DNA of 64,000 nt from Gammaproteobacteria bacterium. GTDB taxonomy: Bacteria > Pseudomonadota > Gammaproteobacteria > Eutrophobiales > Eutrophobiaceae. Location: positions 544,001-608,000 of the forward strand of contig CBDCTH010000004.1 of NCBI GenBank assembly GCA_965222155.1, written 5' to 3'. The notes under the pieces are model-generated. The model was not told where the DNA came from, did not search any database, and saw only the letters and a list, made by a program, of their open reading frames with translations. Shown here in pieces: positions 34,311 through 45,263 of the stretch (within the stretch, counting starts at the first letter, position 1; every line of letters begins with the position of its first letter). The position numbers and the translations under genes are program-made.

Positions 34311-35948
34311 TTATATCCCGACTGAGCGGGTAACGCCTTGATAGACCATTATTTTCTGGTTGGGATACAGGATTTTGTTCTTACGCAGGTTGTTCCAGGC
34401 CAGAAGTTGTTTCACCGTCACGTTGAATTTCTTTGCTATCAACCACAGGGAATCACCTTTTTTCACGGTATAGTGGAACGGGTCGTTGGCCGGCTTGTCG
34501 GTCTTGGCCTCACTTATTTTGCCGTCATTCGCTAACCACAGGTTCAGTTTTTGTCCCGGGCGCAGAATCCTGCGCTGTGAAATGCCGTTCCAGCCCGTCA
34601 ATTGTTTCACGCTTACGCCGTAATGCCGGCCGATATCCCACAGCGTATCCCCGCGTTTTACGGTATAGATAAATTGGTTGCCGTCACCGGTATCCTTAAG
34701 CCCGCGTCTGCGCCTCCCGTCCACACTGAGAGTATAATGTTTGAGCGCTTGCTTCGGGACCGGGACACGCAGGCTGACTCCCTGCCGGATTATGTCACTG
34801 CGTAAATTATTTATACTTTTCAGAGAGGCTACGGAGGTGCGATAGCGAGCGGCGATACCTGCAAGGGTTTCACCCCGTTTGATCTCGTGGCTTTGCCAGT
34901 TTATGCGCTCTTGCGGGGTCAACCCGGCAAGCTTTTCCAGAAATGATGTTTCCTTGCCGACCGGTAACAGTAACCGATGCGGCCCTCGCGGGTCGGTTGC
35001 CCAGCGATTGAATCCCGGGTTCAGGGTATACAAATCATCCATCTTGATCCCGGCCAACTGCGCGGCAACGGCCAGATCAATCTGTTCCCCCGTATCTACC
35101 TGGGCAAAGTATGGTTGATCAGCTACCGGCTGCCACGTGATACCGTGCTGCTCCGGATTGGCGACCAGTTCGGCTACGGCCAGCAGGCTGGGCACGTAGC
35201 CCTTGGTTTCTCTGGGCAGGCGCAAGGAGAAGAAGTCCGTTTTTTTTCCGGCATTGCGGTTACGCCGGATTGCCCGGGCGACGTTCCTCTCACCGGTATT
35301 GTATGCAGCCAGGGCCAATAACCAGTCACCATCAAATTCCCGGTTCAGTTTTTCCAGGTAATCCAGTGCGCCCCGGGTGGCGGCAACGATATCTCTCCTG
35401 CCGTCATACCACCAGTTTTGTTTCAGCCCGAATATCTTGCCGGTGCTTGGGATAAACTGCCAAATGCCTGAGGCATGGCTGCGCGAATAGGCAAACGGAT
35501 GAAATGCACTCTCCACGATGGGCAACAAGGCCAGCTCCAGGGGCATCCCGCGCTTTTCAACTTCACTGACGATATGGAACAGGTAGGGCCTGCTGCGTTC
35601 GACCACCCGGTTCAGGTATTCCTGGTTTTTTGCGTACCAGGCCAACCTCCCTTTGACTGACCTGTGCTCCATGTGCCTTGGGAGGGCCACATTGGCGCCT
35701 ATCTTTTTCCAGATGTCGGTATGTTGCAGGGAAGACTGGGGAGGTTCGCTGTCCGCCGTTACTATCTCAGCTTCGGGTTCGGGAAAAAGTTCCGGTTCAG
35801 GAACGATGTATTCAACCTGTTCCTGCGACTGCGCCGCCGCTGCTGTCGTTTCCGGTAAGGTATCTGCTGTTTTCTGAAGGGGTTGCTGGCTGCAGGCGCT
35901 GAGTAAGAAAGCGACACAAATTGAAATTGGCAGCCCTGAATAGCGCAT
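34311..35948 (-). CDS. mltD: Membrane-bound lytic murein transglycosylase D with three LysM domains
   Basis: Lipobox LSAC; PIVESAF, GIWQF, AAYNTGE; three LysM repeats. Confidence 0.92.
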   Translation of the reverse strand: MRYSGLPISICVAFLLSACSQQPLQKTADTLPETTAAAAQSQEQVEYIVPEPELFPEPEAEIVTADSEPPQSSLQHTDIWKKIGANVALPRHMEHRSVKGRLAWYAKNQEYLNRVVERSRPYLFHIVSEVEKRGMPLELALLPIVESAFHPFAYSRSHASGIWQFIPSTGKIFGLKQNWWYDGRRDIVAATRGALDYLEKLNREFDGDWLLALAAYNTGERNVARAIRRNRNAGKKTDFFSLRLPRETKGYVPSLLAVAELVANPEQHGITWQPVADQPYFAQVDTGEQIDLAVAAQLAGIKMDDLYTLNPGFNRWATDPRGPHRLLLPVGKETSFLEKLAGLTPQERINWQSHEIKRGETLAGIAARYRTSVASLKSINNLRSDIIRQGVSLRVPVPKQALKHYTLSVDGRRRRGLKDTGDGNQFIYTVKRGDTLWDIGRHYGVSVKQLTGWNGISQRRILRPGQKLNLWLANDGKISEAKTDKPANDPFHYTVKKGDSLWLIAKKFNVTVKQLLAWNNLRKNKILYPNQKIMVYQGVTRSVGI

Positions 35949-36050
35949 CGGGGGATGCTAGGTCGGTCCCGGCGTCATGTCAAGTATTTTTTCAAGAAAA
36001 ATGAAAGAGCGTAAGGTAAGATTTTACCTGGGAGGCGGTACCATCAGACA

Positions 36051-36848
36051 ATGGGAAAAATATCCGACACAACATCGACTGCTCCTGGCCGCGCCGGGTT
36101 CGACCTATGGCTCAAAGGCGAGACCGGCAGCATCCTGGCGCGCTATGAACGGGAAAGAATCGGCAGAGTATTACCTGACCTGTTTGGTTATCATATTACC
36201 CAGATTGGTCATTTTGACGGTGGAGTACTGGATTCCGCCCGCCGAATCCGGAATAAAATCGTGTTGCACCTTGATGATGACGGTTTACGGGACTGCGGTT
36301 GCGGCGTATTGGCCAGGGCCGGATCGTTGCCGTTTGCCGCGCACAGCATTGACGTCGTGGTTATTCCTCACGTCCTCGAGTTTACCCCGGACCCCGGCGC
36401 GGCGCTGAAGGAAATTGAGCGTGTGCTGATTGAGGATGGCCGCCTGATTATCACCGGTTTCAATCCGTGGAGTTTATGGGGGCTATGGCGGTTGATCCCG
36501 GTCCGGCATAACCGGCCTCCGTGGAACGGTCGCTTCCATAGTGCGACCAAACTCAAACACTGGCTGTCAACGCTCGGTTTTGAGCTGGTTGAGGTAGAAC
36601 GGTTTTTATTCCGCCCACCCCTCGCCCATAAGGGCCTGTTCAGCCGGTTGTTATTTTTGGAAAAACTGGGTAAATCCTGCTGGCCGTTTTATGGCGCGGC
36701 CTACATGATGGTAGCGCAAAAACGGCGCGCACCTGTCACACCCATAAAAATGAACTTACGCAAAAAATTATTTCTGTCAGGTGCTTCCGCGGGTCCGGCG
36801 GCAATGGCGGAAGCTGACCAAAACTTCAGTGTGAAGCGTGGCCCATGA
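36051..36848 (+). CDS. SAM-dependent methyltransferase (YafS-like)
   Basis: [28 protein letters not shown]; position before rnhA. Confidence 0.85.
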   Translation: MGKISDTTSTAPGRAGFDLWLKGETGSILARYERERIGRVLPDLFGYHITQIGHFDGGVLDSARRIRNKIVLHLDDDGLRDCGCGVLARAGSLPFAAHSIDVVVIPHVLEFTPDPGAALKEIERVLIEDGRLIITGFNPWSLWGLWRLIPVRHNRPPWNGRFHSATKLKHWLSTLGFELVEVERFLFRPPLAHKGLFSRLLFLEKLGKSCWPFYGAAYMMVAQKRRAPVTPIKMNLRKKLFLSGASAGPAAMAEADQNFSVKRGP

Positions 36849-37306
36849 GCAAGTTTATTGAAATCTTTACTGACGGAGCCTGTCGCGGTAACCCCGGGCC
36901 GGGTGGCTGGGGGGCGTTGCTGCGCTATAACGACACGGAGAAGGAGTTATCCGGTGCGGCGCCCCAAACGACCAATAATCGGATGGAACTGACCGCGGCA
37001 ATAAAGGCCCTGGAGGCACTGAACGAAGCTTGCAGGATATGTCTGACCACGGATTCGAACTATGTAAAAAACGGTATTGAACAATGGATAAAAGACTGGA
37101 AACGGCGCGCTTGGCGTACCGCAGCCAGGCGCGCGGTAAAAAACCAGGACCTGTGGCAGCGCCTGGATGAACTGGCGGCCCGTCATGAGATTGAATGGCG
37201 TTGGGTAAAGGGACACAGCGGCCATGCCGAAAATGAGCGTGTTGATGCACTGGCAAACAGGGCCATTGACAGGATGATCGATAATGAGTCAAGCGCTGGG
37301 GGATGA
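36845..37306 (+). CDS. rnhA: Ribonuclease HI
   Basis: [29 protein letters not shown]. Confidence 0.98.
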   Translation: MSKFIEIFTDGACRGNPGPGGWGALLRYNDTEKELSGAAPQTTNNRMELTAAIKALEALNEACRICLTTDSNYVKNGIEQWIKDWKRRAWRTAARRAVKNQDLWQRLDELAARHEIEWRWVKGHSGHAENERVDALANRAIDRMIDNESSAGG

Positions 37307-37983
37307 ACATGCGTCAGGTCATTCTTGATACCGAGACGACGGGCCTGGAACCGGCCAGCGGACATCGGATTATTGAAATCGGCTGTATTGAATTGAAGGA
37401 TCGCCGCAGGACCGATCGAGTTCTGCATTATTTTATCAATCCTGAACGGGAGATTGAGAAGGAAGCCATTGAAATACACGGGATCACGGAGGAACAACTG
37501 GAAGGAGAACCTGTTTTCGAAGATATCGCAGACCGGTTTATCGAATTTATTCGGGATAGTGAGGTCATTATCCATAATGCGCCGTTCGACGTTGCCTTCA
37601 TCAATGCCGAGTTGTCCCGCCTGGGAGATGGATGGGGGAGACTTGAGGATTACTGCAGGATTACCGACACGCTGATGATGGCAAGGGAACTGCACCCGGG
37701 CCAGAGAAACAGCCTGGATGCGTTGGCCGTGCGCTACCAGGTAGATAATTCGCAACGTAATTTGCATGGCGCCTTGCTGGATGCACGCATCCTGCTGGAT
37801 GTTTACCTGGCAATGACCGGGGGTCAGTCGAGTTTATTACTGGGCGAGGAAGACGGACAAGGTTCAGCTGACGGTCAGCAGCGCGGGCGTCCGGTCAAGC
37901 GGCGCGCCGGGCTGAAAATAGTGGAACCCACCCCGGAAGAACTGGCGGCACACAACCGGATGATGCAACGTCTTAACGGGTAA
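37303..37983 (+). CDS. dnaQ: DNA polymerase III epsilon subunit
   Basis: [21 protein letters not shown]. Confidence 0.97.
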   Translation: MNMRQVILDTETTGLEPASGHRIIEIGCIELKDRRRTDRVLHYFINPEREIEKEAIEIHGITEEQLEGEPVFEDIADRFIEFIRDSEVIIHNAPFDVAFINAELSRLGDGWGRLEDYCRITDTLMMARELHPGQRNSLDALAVRYQVDNSQRNLHGALLDARILLDVYLAMTGGQSSLLLGEEDGQGSADGQQRGRPVKRRAGLKIVEPTPEELAAHNRMMQRLNG

Positions 37984-37999
37984 CAGTCCCTTATAATCC

Positions 38000-38143
38000 A
38001 GCCACAGAGAGCACAGAGTGTTTAATACATCGGTAACCTGCCGGGTGCTTAAAACCACCAAACTAAAACAAAGTCTGTTACTGGCTGGGCACAACCAGAC
38101 GATATAAAGACATTAAACACAAATCTCTGTGTTCTCTGTGGCT
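38000..38143. repeat. Family A element
   Basis: AGCCACAGAGAGCACAGAG ... CTCTGTGTTCTCTGTGGCT between convergent dnaQ and grxD. Confidence 0.87.
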
Positions 38144-38152
38144 AAAAAAGGC

Positions 38153-38488
38153 TTAGTGGGAATTGCTTACTTCTGTTACGGCCTGGTCAAGGGCGGTTTT
38201 CAACTCTCCGTTCTGATACATTTCCAGGACGATGTCACAGCCGCCGATCAATTCTCCATTGACGAACACCTGGGGGAACGTCGGCCAGTTGGAGACTTGC
38301 GGCAGGCTGCTGCGAACTTCAGGCGCTGCCATTACGTCGACGTAGACGAACTCGACATCACAGGCCTTCAGTGCCTGTGCGGTACGCATGGAGAAACCGC
38401 ACTGTGGAAAATCGGGGGTCCCTTTCATGAACAGGATAATCGGGTTTTCTGAAATGGTATTTTTTAGCTGTTCTATAATGTCGCTCAT
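38153..38488 (-). CDS. grxD: Monothiol glutaredoxin Grx4
   Basis: MKGTPDFPQCGFS, WPTFPQ, GGCD. Confidence 0.96.
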   Translation of the reverse strand: MSDIIEQLKNTISENPIILFMKGTPDFPQCGFSMRTAQALKACDVEFVYVDVMAAPEVRSSLPQVSNWPTFPQVFVNGELIGGCDIVLEMYQNGELKTALDQAVTEVSNSH

Positions 38489-38571
38489 TGTGAAATCTCG
38501 TTAAAAATCCGGATACGGATGGCTTGCGCTACAGCTATTATACATCATTGCCGATGAAATTCATTGTATAC

Positions 38572-38599
38572 TTGTCCAGCTTAAAAGCAGTAGTATAAT
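38572..38599 (+). promoter_or_regulatory. Putative sigma70 promoter
   Basis: TTGTCC-16 nt-TATAAT upstream of the membrane protein gene. Confidence 0.4.
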
Positions 38600-38617
38600 C
38601 AGGGTAACGTCGTATCT

Positions 38618-38694
38618 TTGTTATCCGTGCTCTGAACAAGTCCAGAGCCTGTCCCGTACTTGATACGGGAATGGACTTGTTCAGAGCTTCCTAA
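38618..38694 (-). repeat. Truncated family C element containing the GAGCCTGTCCCGTACTTGATACGGG mini-element
   Basis: Near-exact reverse complement of about 17384-17458. Confidence 0.85.
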
Positions 38695-38716
38695 ACATTA
38701 TGCTGGAGGAGCAATG

Positions 38717-39322
38717 ATGAATCCGCTTAAAACTGTAAAGGGCACGTTGATATTGGGTTTTGTTACCGCTGTGGTGATTGCTGCATTGATTAACTTATGT
38801 GTGAGCGACAGTGCGCTGGGCAATATAAACAGTTGGTCATTGGTAGTCTGGCTGCATGTCTTCGTCGGAGTGATCTGGGTAGGCCTGTTGTATTATTTCA
38901 ATTTTGTTCAAACACCCGCGGTGGCAAGCGCGACTGCGGACAGCGAGGGCCCGGGGCCTGCCGCGATCAGTAAATATGTTGCCCCCCTGGCATTGCTGTG
39001 GTTCCGCTGGGCCGCTCTGCTGACCTGGTTGACCGGCGCCGCGGCGCTGGAAGTAATGGGGATCGGTATTGGCAATGCCTTTACCCTGAGCAGCGGCGCT
39101 GTCGTTATCGGGACGGGTGCGTGGCTGGGAACCATCATGTTGTTTAACGTCTGGGTGTTAATCTGGCCGAACCAGAAGAAAATTCTGGGGATTGTTGCGG
39201 CCTCGGATGAGGAAAAGGCTAAAGCCAAGGTGGTTGCCGCAATGGCATCACGCACTAATACCGTCCTGTCCATACCTATGCTGATGTGCATGGTCGGACA
39301 GGGCCATGGATTGCCTTTTTAA
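38717..39322 (+). CDS. Urate hydroxylase PuuD-like membrane protein (no cytochrome c domain)
   Basis: WLHVFVGVIWVGLLYYFNFVQ, LWFRWAA, GTIMLFNVW, SRTNTVLSIPM; GGAGGA SD. Confidence 0.75.
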   Translation: MNPLKTVKGTLILGFVTAVVIAALINLCVSDSALGNINSWSLVVWLHVFVGVIWVGLLYYFNFVQTPAVASATADSEGPGPAAISKYVAPLALLWFRWAALLTWLTGAAALEVMGIGIGNAFTLSSGAVVIGTGAWLGTIMLFNVWVLIWPNQKKILGIVAASDEEKAKAKVVAAMASRTNTVLSIPMLMCMVGQGHGLPF

Positions 39323-39381
39323 CCACGGAATACAACAGACGGAAAAGATGGACTGCCGGCGGAAACAACCTGTTCTCCGGC

Positions 39382-39425
39382 AAAGGGGACGTGGCGATTA
39401 ACCATATCACCCCGTCCCCTTTTTT
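39382..39425 (+). terminator. Hairpin with T-tract (possible intrinsic terminator or REP-like unit)
   Basis: AAAGGGGACG...CGTCCCCTTTTTT. Confidence 0.5.
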
Positions 39426-39470
39426 ACTGGAGTTTGTATTTTTTCAAAAAATGAAGACTACTGGGCTGCA

Positions 39471-40643
39471 ATGCCGGAAGCGATAATGGCAACCTACAAG
39501 CGTCTGGACGTGGCTTTTGAGTCCGGTGAAGGTGCGTGGCTGATTGACCGGCAGGGAACCCGCTACCTGGATGCGCTGAGTGGAATTGCCGTCTGCGGCC
39601 TGGGTCATGCCCATCCCGGGATTGCCGAAGTGGTCGCGCAGCAGGCGCGCCGATTGATTCATACTTCCAATCTTTACCGTATCCCCCTGCAGGAGGAACT
39701 GGCCGCACGTCTGGTCGGGATTTCCGGGATGGAGCGGGCGTTTTTCTGTAACTCAGGGGCTGAAGCGAATGAAGCCGCGATAAAAATATGCCGGAAATTC
39801 GCCGGCTACAAACAGGTTGAAGAACCGCTTATTGTCGTTATGGAAGGCAGTTTTCATGGTCGGACCATGGCGACGTTGAGCGCCACCGGAAAGCCTGAAG
39901 TGCGCGCGGGATTTGCGCCTTTACTGCCCGGCTTCCAGTATATTCCCTATAACGATAATGGCGCCTTGCCGCGGCTGGATGAGATGCACGGGCGGATAGT
40001 TGCCGTTCTGCTGGAAGCTGTTCAGGGGGAGGGGGGAGTCGTCATCCCTGATCCCGGTTATCTTAAGGCCGTGCGTGAGATCTGTGACCGGAATGGCTGG
40101 CTGATGATCCTCGATGAAGTCCAGACGGGATTATGCCGTACCGGCGCCTGGTTTGCCTACCAGCATGAAAACATCCTGCCGGACGTTGTTACCCTGGCGA
40201 AATCCCTGGGTAACGGCTTGCCGATCGGCGCCTGTCTGGCTGGCGGGATTGCCGCGGAAATGTTGCATCCGGGGAGTCATGGTTCAACTTTCGGCGGTAA
40301 TCCACTGGCCTCTGCTGCGGCGCTTGCCGTGCTGGAGAACATGGAGGATCAGAACCTGGCCGAACGGGCAGCCGTATCCGGCAGTATCATGCTGGAAAGA
40401 TTCCGCGCAGAGTTGGGACACCTTGATGAAGTGGTTGCGATACGCGGCAAAGGATTGATGATCGGGATAGAACTATCCCGGGATTGCCCCAGCCTGGTCG
40501 ATCAGGCACTGGAACGGCAGCTATTGATCAATGTTACCGCGGGGAAGGTAGTGCGCCTGCTGCCGCCACTGATCATATCGGATGAGGAAATGCATCGAAT
40601 AATTGATACGGTATGCCTCCTGATCAAGGACTTTGTGGGCTGA
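39471..40643 (+). CDS. argD: Acetylornithine aminotransferase
   Basis: NSGAEANEAA, FHGRT, DEVQTG, LAKSLG; upstream of argF. Confidence 0.93.
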   Translation: MPEAIMATYKRLDVAFESGEGAWLIDRQGTRYLDALSGIAVCGLGHAHPGIAEVVAQQARRLIHTSNLYRIPLQEELAARLVGISGMERAFFCNSGAEANEAAIKICRKFAGYKQVEEPLIVVMEGSFHGRTMATLSATGKPEVRAGFAPLLPGFQYIPYNDNGALPRLDEMHGRIVAVLLEAVQGEGGVVIPDPGYLKAVREICDRNGWLMILDEVQTGLCRTGAWFAYQHENILPDVVTLAKSLGNGLPIGACLAGGIAAEMLHPGSHGSTFGGNPLASAAALAVLENMEDQNLAERAAVSGSIMLERFRAELGHLDEVVAIRGKGLMIGIELSRDCPSLVDQALERQLLINVTAGKVVRLLPPLIISDEEMHRIIDTVCLLIKDFVG

Positions 40644-40644
40644 C

Positions 40645-41559
40645 ATGGCGCGCCATTTTTTAACGCTGACAGATCTCAGTCTTGCTGAAATTGAGGCCCT
40701 GATATTCCGGGCTATCGATTTGAAGGAAGCATTCAGGCACCGGGAGTTGCAGCAAAGTTGCGCAGGTCGGGTACTGGCGATGATATTTGAAAAATCCTCT
40801 ACGCGTACCCGGGTTTCATTTGAAACCGCGATGGCGCATCTTGGGGGACATGCCGTCTTCCTGTCACCTCAGGATAGCCAGTTGGGCCGCGGTGAGCCTA
40901 TTGAGGATACTGCCAGAGTATTGTCGAAGATGGTTGACTGCGTCATGATACGGACCTTTGAACACACCCGGATAACCCGCTTTGCTGACTATTCTTCAGT
41001 GCCGGTGATCAATGGTCTGTCGGACAGTTATCATCCCTGTCAGCTACTGGCGGATTTGCAGACTTATTATGAGTTGAGGGGAGCAATCAAGGGCAGAAAA
41101 GTGGCCTGGTTCGGTGATGGAAACAATATGTGCAATTCCTGGATCAATGCCGCGAAAATGATGGATTTCCACTTGCATATTGCCTGCCCCGCAGAATATG
41201 AACCGGCCGCGGAAATCGCCAACCGGGGCGGAGCTAACATTACTCTTACCCGGGAGCCGCAGCAGGCTGCTATGCAGGCCGACCTGGTTGTAACCGATAC
41301 CTGGATGAGTATGGGGCAGGAATCCGAAAGGAAAAAAAAGCAGGAATTATTTAAATCGTTTCAAGTGAATGAGGAGATTATGTCCCGGGCTGCAACGGAT
41401 GCGATTTTCATGCATTGCCTGCCGGCATATCGCGGCGCTGAGGTAAGCGCCGGAGTCATTGACGGTTCCCGGAGTGTAGTCTGGGAAGAAGCAGGTAACC
41501 GCCTGCATGCCCAGAAAGCACTGCTGGAATTTCTACTGGGACAGAAGACAGAGGACTGA
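40645..41559 (+). CDS. argF: Ornithine carbamoyltransferase
   Basis: SSTRTR, HPCQ, WMSMGQ, HCLP. Confidence 0.96.
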   Translation: MARHFLTLTDLSLAEIEALIFRAIDLKEAFRHRELQQSCAGRVLAMIFEKSSTRTRVSFETAMAHLGGHAVFLSPQDSQLGRGEPIEDTARVLSKMVDCVMIRTFEHTRITRFADYSSVPVINGLSDSYHPCQLLADLQTYYELRGAIKGRKVAWFGDGNNMCNSWINAAKMMDFHLHIACPAEYEPAAEIANRGGANITLTREPQQAAMQADLVVTDTWMSMGQESERKKKQELFKSFQVNEEIMSRAATDAIFMHCLPAYRGAEVSAGVIDGSRSVVWEEAGNRLHAQKALLEFLLGQKTED

Positions 41560-41609
41560 TTACACGGGACACAGTACAGGGGACACGGGATTGAGGATAG
41601 AGGACGGAT
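41540..41609 (+). repeat. Degenerate heptamer tandem array (about 10 units)
   Basis: GACAGAA GACAGAG GACTGAT TACACGG GACACAG TACAGGG GACACGG GATTGAG GATAGAG GACGGAT. Confidence 0.65.
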
Positions 41610-41691
41610 ATCCGCATTGGATCATCTGATTTACCTGCACCCCTGACTTCCTGCATAAAACTGGATATTTAACCCTGGGACTGATATTGAT

Positions 41692-42453
41692 ATGCATTTC
41701 CTGCTGAGTAATGATGACGGTTACCAGGCTATCGGCCTGGAAATTCTGATGCAGACAATGAGGACTTTTGGCGAGATTACCGTGGTGGCGCCGGATCGGA
41801 ATCGAAGCGGCGCGAGTAATTCATTGACCCTGGATGCCCCACTGTATACGAAACAGGTCTCCGACAGGTTTTTCTACGTAAACGGCACACCCACGGACTG
41901 TGTCCACCTGGCTATCACAGGCTTGTTGGATGACATGCCGGACATGGTCATCAGCGGTGTTAACCATGGAGCCAACCTGGGTGACGACGTGATTTATTCG
42001 GGAACCGTTGCGGCGGCCATGGAGGGACGTTTTTTGGGAAGACCAGCCATTGCCTTGTCCCTTGCCGGTGAAAATCCGACTCATTACGAGACTGCGGGAA
42101 TAGTTGTCAAAAATTTAATCAGCAAGTTGCTTTCCGATCCCATCGATAACGATATATTGCTGAATATCAACATTCCGGATGTCCCGTTTGAGCAACTTCA
42201 TGGCTTTGAGGTGACGCGTCTGGGCCAACGGCACAAGTCCGAACCTGCCATCAGGATGAAGGATCCGAAAAACCGCACCGTGTATTGGGTCGGACCCGCC
42301 GGCGCCGGAGAAGATGCCGGACCCGGTACCGACTTTCATGCTATTGCCGTAAACAGGATATCCGTTACTCCATTACAAGTGGATTTAACCCGCTATGCCG
42401 CGCTGACACGCGTCAGTGACTGGCTGGCTGACCTCACACTGAATGAGATGTAA
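41692..42453 (+). CDS. surE: 5'/3'-nucleotidase SurE
   Basis: LSNDDG, GTPTDCV, YSGTVAAAMEG. Confidence 0.97.
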   Translation: MHFLLSNDDGYQAIGLEILMQTMRTFGEITVVAPDRNRSGASNSLTLDAPLYTKQVSDRFFYVNGTPTDCVHLAITGLLDDMPDMVISGVNHGANLGDDVIYSGTVAAAMEGRFLGRPAIALSLAGENPTHYETAGIVVKNLISKLLSDPIDNDILLNINIPDVPFEQLHGFEVTRLGQRHKSEPAIRMKDPKNRTVYWVGPAGAGEDAGPGTDFHAIAVNRISVTPLQVDLTRYAALTRVSDWLADLTLNEM

Positions 42454-42506
42454 ACTAACCGCGACACCCTGGAACTTTACGGTTATGACCGGCGAACTGG
42501 TGCAAT

Positions 42507-43169
42507 ATGCGGGCTAAACACTTTCAAGGTATCGGAATGACATCCCAGCGTTCCCGGGACAGGCTGGTAAGTCAACTACGGGATATGGGAATAGAGTCTG
42601 AGCGTGTTCTTGCAGCAATTCGCAGCACCCCCCGGCATATTTTTGTTGACGAGGCCCTGGCAAGCCGCGCGTATGACAATACCGCCTTGCCCATCGGCCA
42701 TAATCAGACCATTTCGCAGCCCTACATTGTCGCACGCATGACCCAGGCGTTATTGGAAGTCGAAGATTTGAACAAGGTACTGGAAGTGGGCACCGGTTGC
42801 GGCTACCAGACCGCAATTCTTGCGCAGTTCGCTCGCCAGGTTTACAGCATTGAGCGAATCGAGACATTATTGACTAGTGCCAGAGCGCGGTTTAATACTT
42901 TGAACTATCGCAATATCAAAGCGAAATATGGTGATGGCAACGAGGGTTGGCCGGAGAACGCTCCGTTCCAGGGGATACTGGTATCAGCCGCGCCGGCTAA
43001 TATCCCGGATGTGCTGTTGCAACAATTGGCTATCGGGGGCCGTATGATTATTCCCATCGGTCATATCGGAGAACAGAAACTGCTTTCCATAGTGCGAACC
43101 GAGGATGGCTTTGCCGAAAAAAACCTGGATTGTGTCAGCTTCGTGCCCATGCTCAAGGGAATGGGGTGA
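42507..43169 (+). CDS. pcm: Protein-L-isoaspartate O-methyltransferase
   Basis: QTISQPYIVA, VLEVGTGCGYQ; surE-pcm-nlpD-rpoS synteny. Confidence 0.95.
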   Translation: MRAKHFQGIGMTSQRSRDRLVSQLRDMGIESERVLAAIRSTPRHIFVDEALASRAYDNTALPIGHNQTISQPYIVARMTQALLEVEDLNKVLEVGTGCGYQTAILAQFARQVYSIERIETLLTSARARFNTLNYRNIKAKYGDGNEGWPENAPFQGILVSAAPANIPDVLLQQLAIGGRMIIPIGHIGEQKLLSIVRTEDGFAEKNLDCVSFVPMLKGMG

Positions 43170-43172
43170 TTT

Positions 43173-43955
43173 GTGTACAAAATTGCCGGCATAGTCCTGT
43201 TGTTATTCCTGCTGGGCAGCCTCTACGCCTGCTCCTCGACAGCCACTGCCCCGGTCATTGCGCGCGCTGAAAATAAACAGACTGCGACCTCATCAGGTTC
43301 CGCGCAATACACCGGGAAACAAAAATCCCATACCGTCACAAAAGGCGAGACCCTGTATTCCATCGCCTGGCGCTATGGACATGATTACAAGACCCTCGCT
43401 TCCTGGAACCTGATTAAATCGCCTTTCGTAATTTACCCGGGCCAGGTCATCCGCTTGAAACCGGTGAAACGGCGCCGTGCCGCACAACCGCCTCCCGTCG
43501 TTGAAAAGCAAACCCGGCAGCGTAGCAAGCCCACTGCCAAACCACAGGCTGCAAACAGGTCCGGAACGACCGTAACCGGCTCGGCCACAGCCGTCCGCTG
43601 GCAATGGCCGGCACGCGGCAAATTGCTGAAGTCTTCATCTCCCACCGCGGAAAAAGGCATCAGTATCGCCGGCAGGACAGGCCAGAAAATCGTTGCCGCG
43701 GCGACCGGGAAAGTGGTTTACAGCGGCAGTGGATTACGCGGTTATGGTAAGCTTATCATTATCAAGCATAGTGATACTTACCTGAGCGCTTATGCGCATA
43801 ATCGGGAATTGATAGTGAAGGAAGGTGAAACGGTAAAAGCCGGGCAACAGATATCCACTATGGGTCTGGACAGCAAGGGCGCCCCGGTGTTGCATTTTGA
43901 AATACGCAAAAATGGCAAACCGATTAACCCGTTGGGGCAACTTCCGCGTAGTTGA
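43173..43955 (+). CDS. nlpD: LysM/M23 lipoprotein NlpD
   Basis: Lipobox LYAC, LysM, YLSAYAHN, LHFEIR; upstream of rpoS. Confidence 0.9.
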   Translation: MYKIAGIVLLLFLLGSLYACSSTATAPVIARAENKQTATSSGSAQYTGKQKSHTVTKGETLYSIAWRYGHDYKTLASWNLIKSPFVIYPGQVIRLKPVKRRRAAQPPPVVEKQTRQRSKPTAKPQAANRSGTTVTGSATAVRWQWPARGKLLKSSSPTAEKGISIAGRTGQKIVAAATGKVVYSGSGLRGYGKLIIIKHSDTYLSAYAHNRELIVKEGETVKAGQQISTMGLDSKGAPVLHFEIRKNGKPINPLGQLPRS

Positions 43956-43960
43956 GCGAC

Positions 43961-44205
43961 TAGCCCGCATTTTTCACAAGAGGATGCGTTGCTCGCGCCG
44001 GATTTTTGCTGCTGGCGGGTGCCTGCGACCGAAAGCATAGCGGTAGCTATGGTTGAGGGAGCACGTACACGCCAGCAGCAAAAAGACAAGTGAGGGCGCA
44101 TCCAGCGCAGTTTGTAACGGCAATATGGTGATAAACTATGGGTAACTTATTGACATCAAATAATTTTCCGTTGATGACAAGCGATCTTGTGAGAAATGCG
44201 GGCTA
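43961..44205 (+). mobile_element. Family B structured MITE-like element, copy 2
   Basis: TAGCCCGCATTTTTCACAAGA ... TCTTGTGAGAAATGCGGGCTA; same internal motifs as copy 1. Confidence 0.85.
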
Positions 44206-44238
44206 AGCATATAGCAGGGTCGAAAATCGAAGCTACTC

Positions 44239-45186
44239 ATGCCTGAAGATGATGAAATCAAATCCCTGAACCTTGAACACTCCGGTTCGGCTCGCGCAAA
44301 ATCTGATGTCGCCGGGAAGTCGACAAAAGGTCATCAGCCGGGCGCCATCAGTGAAACGGATCTTGACGCCACTCGATTGTATTTAAGTGAGATCGGTTTT
44401 ACTCCGCTGCTGACGGCGCAGGAGGAGATTACATTTGCCCGTCAGGCGCGTTGCGGTGACGCTGATGCGCGCAAGCGCATGATTGAAAGTAATTTACGTC
44501 TGGTGGTAAAAATCGCGCGCCGTTATATGAATCAGGGTCTGGCGCTGCTTGACCTGATTGAAGAGGGCAACCTGGGTTTGATCCGGGCCGTGGAAAAGTT
44601 TGACCCGGAAAAGGGGTTCCGTTTTTCAACTTATGCCACCTGGTGGATAAGGCAAACCATAGAACGGGCATTGATGAACCAGGCCAGGACGGTCAGGCTG
44701 CCAATCCACGTTATCAAGGAGATCAATGTTTACATGCGCGCAGCCAGAAAACTGGCGCAGACCCTTGACCGGGAACCCAGCAGCGAAGACGTGGCTGAGA
44801 TGCTGGACCGACCCCTGGAAAGCGTAAAACGCATGTTCGGGTTAAACGAACGGGTTACCTCGGTCGATGCCCCGATGGGAAGGGATGCAGAGCGGCCGTT
44901 GCTGGATACCATACCTGATGAGAGTAACATTGACCCTTCGGTATTACTCCAGAATGATGATGTTAAACAACACATCGATTTATGGCTGGAGCAACTGACG
45001 GAAAAGCAACGCGCTGTGGTGGAACTCCGCTTTGGCCTGCATGACAGGGATGCGGCAACCCTGGAAGACGTAGGCGTGGAATTGGGCGTGACCAGGGAAC
45101 GGGTCAGGCAGATTCAAATAGAGGCGCTGAAACGCCTGCGGCGTATCCTGAAAAGAGAAGGGTTTTCACTGGATGCGTTATCCTGA
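44239..45186 (+). CDS. rpoS: RNA polymerase sigma factor RpoS
   Basis: [31 protein letters not shown]; follows nlpD. Confidence 0.96.
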   Translation: MPEDDEIKSLNLEHSGSARAKSDVAGKSTKGHQPGAISETDLDATRLYLSEIGFTPLLTAQEEITFARQARCGDADARKRMIESNLRLVVKIARRYMNQGLALLDLIEEGNLGLIRAVEKFDPEKGFRFSTYATWWIRQTIERALMNQARTVRLPIHVIKEINVYMRAARKLAQTLDREPSSEDVAEMLDRPLESVKRMFGLNERVTSVDAPMGRDAERPLLDTIPDESNIDPSVLLQNDDVKQHIDLWLEQLTEKQRAVVELRFGLHDRDAATLEDVGVELGVTRERVRQIQIEALKRLRRILKREGFSLDALS

Positions 45187-45263
45187 GCGCTATATGGAAT
45201 ACAGAAAACACTCAAAACCCTGGTCGGCGAAGCCCCTGGAGTACATTATTATTGAACTGCAGT

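Noticed and set aside
44150-44180. TTGACA in family B copies 2-4 as a portable -35 box
   Set aside because: No convincing -10 at 16-18 nt in any copy; an IHF-like site explains the motif better
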